A stretch of 58,355 nt of DNA, filler included, from Sphacelaria rigidula (GCA_964200075.2; 4 parts of 4 records of this genome joined end to end with filler, not necessarily neighbours in it), one strand, 5' to 3'; shown: positions 1 through 12,556, numbered from the whole stretch's first letter. Notes: generated by a model not told the origin, from the sequence alone. A program made the numbers and translations.

Positions 1-199
1 CACAACACCCGAATTATAGTTCAGGCAGTTTGAACCTGCACCTGAAAATAGATGGAATGAAACTTTCGGTCTTCATCTAACCCTGCCGTTACATACATAC
101 GTTGATTTTTAGCAACATCAAGCCACTGTTTTTTGCATAATATGCAGGACACATCATTCCTAATCAGCCTCGTTGGTCGTTCTGGAGGCCCAGTCCCAA

Positions 200-1595
200 A
201 AGGGTTAAACAAGATGCCAATGCCGCCTGATGCATCTCAGCTCAGATTGCTATTGGGAGGTTTGGGGTACTACCGTAAATTTATTGCGCGAATGGCTGCA
301 AGACTCAAACCTCTAACGCAATTGCTGAGGAAGGGGGTTCGTTTCCAGTTTACCCAGAACACGAATCTGTAGCCAAGGAAATTTAATCATCCTTGACGGG
401 TACGACTGTTTTAGTATTTCTGAACGATGAAGATGCAGCTTTGGGGAAACGACCGTTTATGCTGACCATGGATGCATCGCTGAATGGTTTGGGCGCGGTC
501 GTGAAACAACGTCAAGAGGATAATACGGTTCGACCTCTTGTTTGTCCAAGTAGAGAAACGCTCCCCAACGAGAGAAATTGGAGTGTGTCCGGATTAGGGG
601 CAGCGGCTATTGTGTGGGCCATCAAAAAGGACAGACCATTTTTTGACGGTGTGCCGTTCGAGATTTATACTAATCACTAACCTGTGCGGAATTGATTGAG
701 CCTTGCAGAAAAGCTTCCGAGAGTTCAGCGTTGGCACGACTATTTAAGTGCGTACACTTATGAAATCAAGTACAAGCCAGCACGTGTAAGTGCGAATGCG
801 GATATGTTGTCCCGTTTTCCACAGCCACTGGATGATAATGATATGTCTGGGGATGTCCAGATCACGGACCCCGGAGATATGGATGTCTTTTTCATTGGTG
901 CTGGTGGAATATGGCCGAGCATTTTTGAAAGCCCGACCAGGGATGGGACACATAGGATCTGTAGTGAGTACCCACGATCAAAACTTGAATTGAAAGGGCT
1001 GGACCCTGGATCGGTGTTTTTAAATTGGGGAAAAAGAAGTAAGTGCAGTACCGCTCACGGCCTCTGAAAAAGAAGGCCTAAAGTGGATCGAGCTACACAG
1101 AGCGAGGAATAGTGTTAGTGCACGGGTGGGAAGAGAAAAAGCGGACAAGTACCCGTACGTGGTACTGGATGATACACCGTTAATTCCTCCCCAGATTTGT
1201 GGCATGGTCAGAGGACAATGGGAAAAAAGTTTAACTTTGGATGCGTGTCCGATCATGGAAGTAGGGAGAAGATTGCTACAACCTCAATAACAAAGAGCCG
1301 TGTCAGTAATCGAACCCAAAAACGATGAAGGAAGCAGTAGTGCGGGCCCATTAACAACGGTATCACCGACTCTGAAAGCAGAAGAAGCCTGTCATTTTGG
1401 GGAACGTTCATGTCAGAAATCGGGAAACGATTGGGCTCAAATTCAGCAGGAAAATGTCATGTCTTGGACGGTCATCGAACATTTGAAAAAACGAGTGACG
1501 GTGTTGACTAAGGGTCAAGAAAAGTGGGTACATACACGAATTGACCTATTAGAGTTCAAAAGATTACTGAAACAGGGAACACTTCTGAAAATATC
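200..1595 (+). pseudogene. Ty3/Gypsy pol remnant A, 5' part: RT thumb/connection and RNase H (frameshifted)
   Basis: Successive frames give LRLLLGGLGYYRKFIARMAARLKPLTQLLRKG, PFMLTMDASLNGLGAVVKQ...AIVWAIKKDRPFFDGVPFEIYTNH and RVQRWHDYLSAYTYEIKYKPARVSANADMLSR. These are classic Ty3/Gypsy RT-RNaseH motifs, separated by stops and frameshifts. Confidence 0.93.
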
Positions 1596-1829
1596 CACAC
1601 TCTAGACAATGAACACAATAATAGTTCATTGCTTCAGCAATAGACACAGGGAAAAATCTATTGATATATATTATCGAACACGATAGATGGTGAAACACAT
1701 CTTTTGATATGTATTGCAAGGGACAATATATGTTGCAACAGTCGATCGATAGCCTTAGAAGTTGCAATAGATAAAGATCACTCGCCATCGATGGACATCG
1801 TGTACCGCATTAGATTCTGGGTTGTATAT

Positions 1830-2025
1830 ATCGATAGCCATTGCCGTAATCAAAAGGTTTGGTGAGCCATGCATCGATAGTTATTGCCGTCATCAATAGG
1901 TTCGGTGAGCCATCCATCGATAGTCATTCCCGTCATCAACAGATTAAGTGACTTATCCATCAATATCGATTGCCGCGATCAATAGATGTGGTGAGCCGTC
2001 TATCGGTAGCCTCTGCCGCCAACAA
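1830..2025. repeat. 43-bp degenerate tandem array (4-5 units)
   Basis: Units read ATCGATAGCCATTGCCGTAATCAAAAGGTTTGGTGAGCCATGC / ATCGATAGTTATTGCCGTCATCAATAGGTTCGGTGAGCCATCC / ATCGATAGTCATTCCCGTCATCAACAGATTAAGTGACTTATCC / ATCAATATCGATTGCCGCGATCAATAGATGTGGTGAGCCGTCT. Confidence 0.9.
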
Positions 2026-2300
2026 TGCATTTTTTGGTATCTACCAATATGGGCACTGACGTCGACAATCGATTGCTCTCGGGAGCACCTATCGACAGCC
2101 AGTGACGCCAACGATAGGTTTTGAAAAATAGATTGCTCACTTCGGTGCTCTCATGATACCAACGGCAATACCCCTTACATATAAACACGCAACGACCTGG
2201 GGCAATAGCTGGTCATAGCTTCTTCTGTGGAATAAGGCGGAAACATACATTGAAAAATGTGCATACATAGCGCTAGTGATCGACGCCTTCAGCTACCTTT

Positions 2301-2515
2301 GTGGTCAGCAATAGATACTGGTGGCCGCGATTCAAATTGCATTGTGACCAGCGGTAGACATTGGTGGCCGCGATTCAGATTATATTGAGACCCTAAGAAG
2401 ACATTGGTGGGCGCAATTAGTATCCGATTGTGACCGCCAATATGCGTTGGTGGCCACGTAGCAGATCCTATTGTGACTGGCAATGAAAGTTGGTGGCCAC
2501 AATTCAGGGCCTATG
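2301..2515. repeat. 43-bp degenerate tandem array (5 units)
   Basis: Units of the form GTGACCAGCGGTAGACATTGGTGGCCGCGATTCAGATTATATT repeat with a 43-bp period. Confidence 0.85.
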
Positions 2516-3070
2516 GCAAACAATAAAATATATCGATAGACAACTGGGCCCCTCCATCGTTACCGCAATGATACACCATGTCCTTGTCCCGGATCTACTG
2601 TCGCCTACAATAGCTATCAATAGACTATGATGCCAGTCGATTTTGACCGACAATGAATATTGACGGTCAAATTTTCGGGATTATTGCAGCGCCAATGTTC
2701 TATTACATAGTCTGTTGTCCAGGGTATAAGCACATCTCATCCACACACAAAAGTACTGTTGTAAGCGCCCATGTCCATCAGAGGGACAACCACAAGTACC
2801 AACAGCACACCAACAACAAAAGTTGTAAACTTTTGTCCGCACATGTTGCGGATTCCTACAAAATACAAGCGTTCCAAAATTGTAGAAACGTGATATCATA
2901 TATTCACAAGTAGTAGCATCATATACCCACTGCATGTCCACCTGCGGCTTCACTACCGTACCTTGATGGAGTATAATATGCTCTATACGTGGTATATTAC
3001 GGTGGCAATAGACGGCAGAGAAAATCTGTCGGTAGGCATTGTATACCACAGTTGATTCTGGTATGTATCT

Positions 3071-3275
3071 GTCGATATTCATTGCCGCCATGCATAGATT
3101 TATACGTAACGTATCAAAAACCATTGCCGTCATCAATAGATTTGGTATACAATCTGTCAATAGCCATCGTCGTCATCGATAGATTTGGCACGCGGTCTAT
3201 CGATAGCCATTGCCGTCATCAATCGATTTGGAAAGCTATCGGCCGATGCATTTGGTCGACCGCAATAGATTTCGG
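3071..3275. repeat. 43-bp degenerate tandem array (about 4-5 units), same family as 1830-2025
   Basis: Units such as ATCAAAAACCATTGCCGTCATCAATAGATTTGGTATACAATCT / GTCAATAGCCATCGTCGTCATCGATAGATTTGGCACGCGGTCT. Confidence 0.85.
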
Positions 3276-3467
3276 TGTAGGGTCATAGCAGACTGCTGCC
3301 CAGACAAGAGTGTGGGAAACGGGTCTATCGATAGACATTGCCAACGACAATGGAAAGATAAACTTGCCTATCGATGGCCATTACGGACGACAGTATTGGC
3401 ATCTACCGCAGCAGATTGTATTGCTATCGCAACAGATACCGTCTATTGTCCAGGGTGTGAAAAGATC

Positions 3468-5120
3468 GAACGGAGGTCAATTATGAGTAAAGAAGCAGAC
3501 GCCAATACCCAGTCAACTGGACCGAAACCCGAGACAATTTGAGAGGTATTTGGGAGAAGAGCCAACCAAAACGTATGTGCCACTGCTTTCGAGACCTTGG
3601 GTGATGAACTAAACTCACAAAAAAGCTTTTCATTAGGGAGGAAGGTATCACGTTATCTTTGTTGTATTACTGGTGGATTGGAATGAAGGACAGTGTAAAC
3701 ATTCTGGATCGGGAGTTGTTATACATGTCAAGCTCGGAAAAATCCAGTACATAGAGTGAGATGGCCACGCGCGTCCTCACCACTGCCGAGTCAAGTAGGG
3801 CAGATGGTTTCGTTTGATTTGTCGGGCCCGTTACCAAAACCAACGAAGGGAAATATATACATTATTTTGATGGTGGATCTGTTTAGTAGACATGCAGAAG
3901 CTTTTGCTCTTACTAAAGGAGAGAAAACGGCGGAAAGTTGTGCGAATATATTTTTAGCGCATGACTAAATCCCAAGATGGGGATGTCCTCACACGTGATT
4001 GTCAGATCGAGGAACGGAATTTACAGCCAAATTAGCAAGGATTGTCTATGAGATGTTGGGAGTCGTGAAACGATACACGAGTGCGTATCATCCACAAACG
4101 AATGGGATGATAGAGCGACTGAACCACACGTTATGTCAGATGCTGTCGTACCTAGTGACAGATGACCAGAAAAACTGGGATGAGCTATTGTTACACGCAA
4201 TTTCTGAAGATAACAACAACGTGAGTAGAGGAATAGGGTTCGCGCCGAATGAGGTGCATTTTTGGAGATATCCAAGGTTACCCATGACCATCCTTGAAAT
4301 AAGGGGTTTGTTCGGACACCAAGGGTTGAAGGCGGACCAACTGGAATATTTGAAGCTGATGAAGGATCGTCAAACCAAAGCATACGATCTTCTGAGACAG
4401 AGGCACAATCTGATCAAATCTAAACACGAGTCACATAATGAGCAGGTGGAAGAAGCTCTAAATCGAAGGCCAAAGTGGGAGGTAGGCAGCTGGGTTTTCG
4501 TTCATGATACCAAGGGTACTATCATGTCGGGAGGACATGCGGTACGCGAAGGGGGGGGAACAGCTTTATAGTCTAAACTGTCGCATTCCTGGAGAGGACT
4601 GTACAAAATCTTCGTGGTGGGACCACGTATTTCGGAAAAAGGAGAGCTAGTGGGAGAAAGACTTTTGTTGCTTGAGCTCCGGGAAATTAGCCTGGGGCGA
4701 TCATGAGTCCCCGGGTTTCTGTGTTGTTAAGATGCAAGCTGTGTCACAACTCAAAAGATAAACCGGAGCCGCCAAAGTCTTTACCCTGGGGTTTGAGTCA
4801 GTATATGTCGAATCAATATTCGGATTTGTCAACTCCGTTACGTCTAACAGAGGAGGATGTGTCGGTACAGTTGGACACATACCACGAAGATCGTGACTCA
4901 CCGTTTATCCCGTGGCTTGGGTGGAAAACTCTCGGTACAACATTCACTGTATTGGGAGAATTTGGAAAGGCCCAGGTGGGAGCATGAGGAAGATGTACCA
5001 GAATATGGTCGGGTGATTTCGACGTCCTGGATGGAAAGTCCTAAAATGGAGAAGCCAGACAACTCGAAGTATCGGAAATATCGTGAGAAGCAATGTCACC
5101 GCTTGTCCTCATGTGTATGA
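3468..5120 (+). pseudogene. Ty3/Gypsy pol remnant A, 3' part: integrase (HHCC, DDE core) and chromodomain-like tail
   Basis: Zinc-binding remnant TH..AFH...CYTCQARK, then core motifs VSFDLSGPLPK...MVDLFSRHAE and SDRGTEFTA...TSAYHPQTNGMIERLNHTL. A chromodomain-like segment KIVTHRLSRGLGGKLSVQHSLYWENLERPRWEHEED follows. Multiple stops and frameshifts. Confidence 0.93.
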
Positions 5121-6934
5121 CCCGCAACTTGTCGGCTATTATATTTATCATCGAGCGCAGACGGCAGGGTGGCAATCGGCTCAAGTGAAGGGCTTCCACG
5201 AGGATGCGGCGTTATAAAGGCACCCGCACACTCTGAGGGTGTTGGATTTCGGGAGGAGGTACAGTGTTCATATTTCGATGGAAACTTTGAACACCTCTCG
5301 ACACCAAGTGGGGGATTGATGCTGGCATTATCATGTGCAGCGTCGGACTTCAAAATTCTTTGCGCATACGTTGTAGCTGGAACGCTGGAAGAGACAATCA
5401 ATTGTCATCGGATCTGAAGACGGACGTCACAAGATCGTAGATGATTGGGGGGTGGTTTGGCATCGGTACACGATGACGAGAAGGAGATGAAGCTGCGCCA
5501 GGAGGACAATAAAATGGCTTGACTAATTTTTTTATTCTAGTTTGGAGGTTTTTCTCCCACGGAGTTGACTGTTGAAATAATTGTGTAGGTTGCACACAGG
5601 CAGCAATTACGACAAATAGGACGGATTTGTGAAGTTTCCTGTGTGGAAAGTATGGTCAAATAATGGATGTTATAATTTTTGGAGTTATTTCTGTCGTAAT
5701 CGAGGAGTTGGGGCCGCTGGTTAAGTATCGAGGGGAAACATCGAGGCTCATCAGAGTTTTGGCGGTTTTAATTAGTTCGTTCACCAAATTTATCCGAAAA
5801 AAAGATGAGATATAGGTTCACAGAATGGGCTGATGTGGTGAGCCGAGCTCTCGCAGGCTTCATGGTTTCGAACTGAACCAGTTCTAGTTTGAAAATATGC
5901 AAGTGTGCATGAGGGAATCGAGGTAAAACATTATAAAATAATCCTTGTCCGGAGTACAGAGATTGTATTATGGTGTTTGAAGATCACGCATGCATAACTC
6001 TAGCTACGGGCTATAAGCGGGCTGACGTGTTCTATGTTGAAGTCATGAAAGTCAAGAAAAACTTGTGTTCCGGATCTGAACGTCAGAGCAGTAAGGGTAT
6101 GTTGAAGGTTAGGTCCAAGAAACAGGACTTCCTTTTGACATCTATCGGACTTCGTGCAGAACAACTAGCAGTGGGGTATACTCTGGGGCTGAAGAGTGGG
6201 TGCTTTTAGAGTGAACATCACAGGTTGGTTGTCGAGTACGACAGAGGGGATGAAGAGAAACGAGGGTGAGAGCAGAAAGTATTTTCTGCACGCATCCCCC
6301 ACGTGTCACTTCTCTTCATCACCTGGTTCTGGCTGGCTGTTTGGTTTTGATTGCGATTCCGTGTCTAGTCAACAGTGTTTATTTTAGTGCGGCGACGCAA
6401 AGTACAGTACAAATAACTGACAAAATACGCATCAAAATCTACGTTCTTGTTTTGGGCACATCAGCGCCTGCACTCTCTTTGCTGGTCTTGTGTTTGCTGC
6501 CAACTAAGGCCAAGGCAATGTCAATTGTTCTCAACTGCTTTGCTCTCATGTTCTCGTGACATTGGCGGCATAACCGGTGTAATCGTGCTCCCAAATGAAC
6601 GAGAACGCGATAAAGAGAAACACGGGGGGGAAATACCCCGCCAAAAGAAATTCTGCTGCTTGAAGTTTACATTATCTTCAACAGACTTCTGTTGTTCGGG
6701 TTCCCGTTCCAAGTTTGGCATGATCTTGAAAAGGCTTTTGTGGTTCGGGATCGACACCCCGCGAAAAAGGGCCAGTTTGAGCGACTTTCGGTGGCCACAA
6801 CACGCGCCACAGGTGTCACATGAGGCCCGAACCTAAACGGGAATGTACCGCTGAGCCTTCTCAGTGCGCTGCAAACAAAAGCGTGGGAAACAATGCCTTG
6901 CCGCCAGAGAAAACTCGGCAAAAGTGGTGAAAAA

Positions 6935-7157
6935 TGTGAAATGACACATGTACATAAATATCAACACGCATCACAACCATCACGAGCAATACATACTTCC
7001 TCTGTGTCACAAGTTAGGGTACCTTGAGCCAATACGTTGTTTGGGTACCACCGTGTAAATGAGGACGGTATTGTCGGATTCGTTGGAAAGATAAAACGAA
7101 GACGCAGCTTGAGAAACAAATACGGGGGTTCTGTTCCTTTACCTAACATGGGTTACA
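6935..7157 (+). mobile_element. Putative 3' LTR of Gypsy remnant A
   Basis: The purine-rich AAAAGTGGTGAAAAA immediately precedes TGTGAA, and the segment ends GGTTACA (TG...CA). No second LTR copy is present to confirm it. Confidence 0.4.
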
Positions 7158-7515
7158 ATTTAACCTATTTTGGCCTATTTTGGGAATATTTTGAGAATGG
7201 ATATTGAGAATGGTTTAGAGAATTCCCGAAAAAATCTCAAAAACGTCCAAATTGAGTACCCTACCTGCCCACTACATCATTCTAGCGATGGACTCGCCCC
7301 CAGCACACCCCCACCTCGCGAACGGGGCGCCAAGATATCGGTTGGTGGCCGCCACGCAACGGCGGTAGAGAGTGCGATGGCCATGCAGCCAGAGTTGTCC
7401 CGTGGGAACGGCGTGAAACACGGCCATGTTTGGGTCGACTGAGTTTTTTCGGCCGTTCGGCCGCATGGTTCAAGCACCGGCTGAAAGAAAAAAAAGGCTT
7501 TCACTCCAAAAACAC

Positions 7516-7891
7516 CACAACAATACAATATGTTTTCAATATATATATATATATTAGTCGATCATATTGGAATTTTGCGCTATATTGCCGGCGTAATATA
7601 TATTGGTGCCCTTGGACTGCACACGTATTGCGTGCCCAATATATATATATATATATACTGATGTCATGGGACTGCATACATATTGCTCGCCCAATATATA
7701 TATATATATATATTGGTACTGTGGGGTTGAACACATATTGTCCCATAAATGTATGTTGGGGCAGTGTGGGCGACAGCATATTGAACAACCAATAAATATC
7801 AGGGTCGCATTGGTGAGAACATATTGACTGGTCAAAATATATTGGGTCCACGTGGGTGCCAATGTATTTGCCGGTCAATACATATTGGAAA
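7516..7891. repeat. Interspaced 43-bp-period array (YATATTG-N6-CAATATATATTG-N17/18), about 7-8 units, probably a non-autonomous DNA transposon
   Basis: Units such as AATGTATGTTGGGGCAGTGTGGGCGACAGCATATTGAACAACC, AATAAATATCAGGGTCGCATTGGTGAGAACATATTGACTGGTC and AAAATATATTGGGTCCACGTGGGTGCCAATGTATTTGCCGGTC are each 43 bp. Some boxes have expanded (TA)n. The ends read CACA... and ...TGTG. Confidence 0.8.
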
Positions 7892-9112
7892 ATGTGAGTA
7901 CGGTGCACGCTTTAAGGAAGAACCAGACGCGATGGATGCCGGAGCCCGTGCAGATTGGGAGAAGCTTCGAAGGGAGTCGCAGATTTCGCGTGCACTACTA
8001 GGGAGGGTTGTCGAATGCGTTTGACATACATATATGTATACTGGTCAGAAAATATGGTGACATCAGAGAAGTGCTTGACATCAAGAAAAGAGGCTGCCTT
8101 GATTTTGTTCGGCCGAAGTGAAGAGCCACAAACACCATTTTTGTCTTTGGACTTTCTGTCTGCTGCAGAAGCAAGTGGTTCGACTAGCACTGTGCAACCA
8201 TACGCCACGAGCCACCGAATATTTCCAACAGGTTATGAGCCTTCGATTCGCGACCACGTAGTCCTTCAGGTCATCGGTCAGCACGAGCGAGGGGACGTCA
8301 CTTCAAGATCGTTTCAGCAGCATCAATCAGAAGACCAAGAAATCAGATCCTTTCACAGGATCTGCAGGTGTGAAGAGAAAGTTTTGCAAATAAAAACTGA
8401 GGCAGATGAATATATCGGGAAATCCATCTGTAACTCAACTCATCAGGAGTATCAACAAGTTCGACTGCACGAAATTCGTCGAGTGGACGCGCTCTACGCG
8501 CGCGATAGTATCCTTGACACCAAAACAGCCCCAGTTGTGTGTGATAGTACAGACTAGGATAAGCCATATGCTGAACAAGAGCAACACAGGTCGAAAGAAG
8601 GAGTGCGGTATATAATATCACCAGCCTCCGTACTTGGAGGTAGTTTCTAAGCAGCCTTTATTACAGCCGTCAAAAAGCGTACACCGGGCACGGGTCCAAA
8701 ACTGTGGAGACTCATACCATGGGGCATTTTGCGCAGTACCCCAAGGGATCGGTAACGTTTCATCCCATGTGACACATGTGCAACCTGCCGCACAATTGTT
8801 TTCAAGCAGTTGCTGTTGATTGCTGATCGGAACTGCTCATACTCCCTCCAGATCATTCGGTCACGTTCTAGTCAGATGTAGCACCTGGATAAGTCTGCAT
8901 CCTTGACTAGAACGATTATCGTTAAACACCGAGAAGGTGAGATGCTTGTCGTACAATAGCCTCTTCAGTGGGATCGTGTGCGAAGTCTCACAAAGAGACA
9001 GAGAAAGTACTGACACAATCAAGCAGAAGCTCAGAGTGAGCAACACAAGTCGAATAGTGCAGAGTAACCAGCTTTCGTACTTGGAGAGTGTTCCGCAAGT
9101 AGCTTTCATAGC

Positions 9113-9217
9113 TTAACCCTTAGACCGCGAGATAGTCTTTCTGGATCATGCATACTTGTTTTCACTTGAAATTGATGCCGATTCAACAGAAGACTAAGCT
9201 CGCGGTCTAAAGGTTAA
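9113..9217. mobile_element. piggyBac-type MITE (97 bp, 9117-9213) with TTAA TSD
   Basis: TTAA-CCCTTAGACCGCGAG...CTCGCGGTCTAAAGG-TTAA, with an imperfect TIR of about 27 bp. A near-identical copy lies at 55134-55231. Confidence 0.93.
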
Positions 9218-9229
9218 GCGTCATGTATA

Positions 9230-11760
9230 ATCAGGGCAAACCACCAATCAAAATATCGGACTCCAAAAGTGTCAATAATTCGCAGTAGTCCACTTTACCA
9301 CATGTCAGCGTTGGCGAGGTACCCGAGGGGACCTATAACGATACATACGGATTCGGGAAGAGTTCAGGTACCAGCTAGAATAAACAATAGTGATGAGCAG
9401 GTCCTGACGAAAGATCCACCTCAGACCTGTCTATTAATCAGCCTAAAGTTCATCCGTTCGCACCGTACTCTGAGCACGGCGGGCATCAAACCAGTCCGAA
9501 GCAGATCTTTGGATCTTAGTAGCGGGGAAAACTCACCCATCAAAGTAGTGGGTTTCATTCGTTTCGACCTCACGTTTGGGAAAAAACCCTACCCGTTGAA
9601 GTAGTTGTTTCACGAGATTTAGACCCCGACCACATGCGGATTAATTATTCACTGATTAGAGCGTTTCGAGGCATTTTGGACTGGGAAGCTGAGACGTAAT
9701 CGTTCCGAAAATTTATGTTAGTATCAAAGCTACACACAGGAGACGGAGCGAGCACAGCAAATCTGCACGCAAAAGACATGACACATGTTCCCCTGTCAGA
9801 GTAGAAGCTGCGGCGCAACTTGACCCAGTATAACTTGGAAAAAATGTGTTGTTCCTCCGCAAACTGAGATGGCTCTTGTCGACTTGGATGAGCCGACTGA
9901 AGTGGCATTCACTGCGGTAATTGAGCCGGGCGTAGTCACGGAACAGGGCGTTCAACCGTTAGACATACCATCAGTTTCAAACGCCTGATCGTGGCACGCA
10001 ATTTGTACATGGTCAACGGTGAATAAGATGGCTATGGTTCAGGTCGCCAATCCATCCAGCAGGCACGTTGGTAGTGAGCGAAAGCACACCGTTAGGATAC
10101 ATTACACTTGCATCAGAGAGAGGTCCGAACAGTGAACAGACAAACACAGGCAGTGCAGTTACTGAAATCAAGTCGCAGGAACAGAGAGACCAAAGTCCTC
10201 AATCTGTGTACTTGATGCCGGACACTCTTTTTGTGTTCACCGCAGGGGTTAGGATGCTGAACGATAATGAAGCCAAATATCCACTCCAAACGGTTACACA
10301 GCGAGTCGACAGACTACCCTACAGGGTCAACCCAGGGGTACAACAAGTCATCGAGAAATGTGTATACGAAGCAAATTCCTCGGCTGATGTGCCTCGTGAA
10401 TACATCATTTCGGTGGTGGATCATGACACGCACGATGCACTTTTTATCCCAGTTCTTTGCAAAGCCGCACATTTTTCGGAGCAACAGAACCCCAAGTCCA
10501 CGATCTGTATACTAAATACCGGACAGTCTTTTCGTTTTCATGACGGGAGTCAGGAAGCTACACGATAAGTGAAGCCAAACTCCACTCCAGAGGGTACACA
10601 ACGAGTTGACAAACTACAGCGCCAACCAAAAGGCACAAGAGGTCATCAACAAAGGTGAACGATACACGGAATGGAAAGAGACGGCCATCGAGCAAACTGA
10701 ATTTCGCGTAGACTACAGATCTACACTCAACAAAAGTCTGGTTCGTAAGTCATGGTCGATGCCTCACATGAAACCTCATTGACACGGTGGCGGGAGCAAA
10801 ATAATTCCTGTCTTTGATGTGCGGAGTGCATTCCACCCAACCCCTTTGGCGGAAGAATAAAAGGAGATGGCAGCCTCCGTCACGAGTACGGGTAGATGGG
10901 TATTCAGCCGCCTCCCACTCGGACTAGCGTCATTCCCATTTATCGTTTCACGAGTAATGGCTCTCACTTTCTCCCACTTTAGACCGAAAAACGGCCTCCT
11001 GGTGTACATGGACGATTTAGTCGCATGTTCTTCTTCGTGGGAAAGCCACCAGACTCTATTCGAGGACATGTTCAAGGTGCTGCAAGCAGCGGGCCTCACC
11101 CTGAAACCGAAAAAAACGCAGATGATGGTTGACAGAGTTCTTGCAACATTCGATATTCCGGAAAAGTTGACTCTGATCACTCAAGGCAACGAGCTTGAGA
11201 ACCGGGTGATTTACCAGCCACATACACTGTTACAGGCTGAGAAAACCCGCACGACTCCGTTCACACCTCAAGGCAACGCAGTTTCAGAGCACTCGAGTCT
11301 ACACGCTGTGCTGGCAATGCGCAGTTCCGTCAGACAAGACAACCAGGCAACCACGTGTGCAAATGGCGTTATCTGTGCCAAAGTATCGCCACTAGTATAC
11401 AAAGTGAAGTTGGGCAACGACGTAAATCAAACGTCCATGCACTTGGCTCACTCAAAAAGAAACAATACCCACAGGAGAAAGCAACGGCGCCCGATTTTTA
11501 TCGCCTTGCCGACTTTTTCTTGGAGAAAATATTGTCTCTTACAGAGGTTAACCGTCCAGATTCAGCACAAACGAAAAAATTCGAATGCTACACCGCTGAC
11601 AAGGGGTGGGACATGAACAAAACCCAGGTCGAAAATGTGACATCAATTATAAATACCGCCTCAAACTCAAAGGTGACGGCCCATCGGCTGACCTGAAGTA
11701 TCGAGCGGACGAGGTGCCCCTATGTCAACATCCTATACGCGTATAGAATCAATCACAACT
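9230..11760 (+). pseudogene. Ty3/Gypsy pol remnant B: protease-like region, RT (YMDD), internally deleted integrase, chromodomain-like tail
   Basis: RT motif FDVRSAFH...GRWVFSRLPLGLAS...LLVYMDDLVACSSSWESHQTLFEDMFKVLQAAGLTLKPKK is fused directly to integrase-like FDIPEKL...KTRTTPFTPQGNAVSE, so RNase H is deleted. A protease-like segment (VQVPARIN...IKVVGFIRFDLTFG) lies at 9350-9600. A decayed gag may occupy 7900-9100 but was not identified. Confidence 0.88.
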
Positions 11761-12556
11761 GATTGGCGTGCCTCCACCAGACCCGCCGTCTCAAAACACG
11801 AGAAAAACAAAACGGGTTAGTGAAACTGTTCAAGCGAAAACCAAGTTTCCCATAGAGAACAATGCCCCGAAACGTGCACGGGCAGGAAAATTTTCCACTA
11901 CATGCAGACGCGTTCAATATAAAATCAAGACAAAAGAGGATTGATGCCATGGTCAACGCGACCACAGGGACATCAGCGGTGAAGAGAGACTCGACCCAAA
12001 GGTCTGAGCTCTTACCAGCAAAATAGGGGTATTGCTGGCGAGGATAGCCGTGGAAATTTTGTATTCTTGGAAGTACACCACTCCAGACATACGAATAACA
12101 GCGACCGTTCTCTTTTTGTCTCGATAATTGTCTTCCCCAGACGCAAGTATTATCATATTATACGGTAATCCCCACGGGTTCAGTGTCCAAGCCAAACGCG
12201 GGACGACAACCCATTCCCATACGAAAACCCAATGTTTTCCACTGAATCGCCCATAAAGCAGCATCTATGGGGACATCGCAATCTGTACTGATCACACAGA
12301 TTCCACAGATGCCGCGATCAGGTGACCAAGTCACCAACCGCCAACACAGGTATGCTGATTACATGAACCTGGATGCGAAATATAAAGTTTACCGTCTTGT
12401 GTTTACTCAACACGACAGTACAGAGGATATGACACGTTCTCACACAGGCCAGTATAATGGTATCATTACACACATACGGTGAGGAATCCACGTTGTTATC
12501 ATTCTCTTCGTGAATGATCGCCTCAGTCCCTCGAACAGAGAGACTTAAGGCGCATC

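Larger units (their letters stand above)
1596..3459. mobile_element. Non-autonomous TIR DNA transposon (1864 bp) inserted in Gypsy pol, with 8-bp TSD and 43-bp internal repeat arrays
   Basis: The left end CACACTCTAGACAAT matches the reverse complement of the right end, CACACCCTGGACAAT. Flanks are AAAATATC (1588-1595) and AAAAGATC (3460-3467), a 7/8 match. Removing the element and one TSD copy restores the pol frame (...LLKISNGGQL*VKKQTPIP...). There is an extra right-end copy (GTTGTCCAGGGT) near 2714-2725. Confidence 0.85.
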
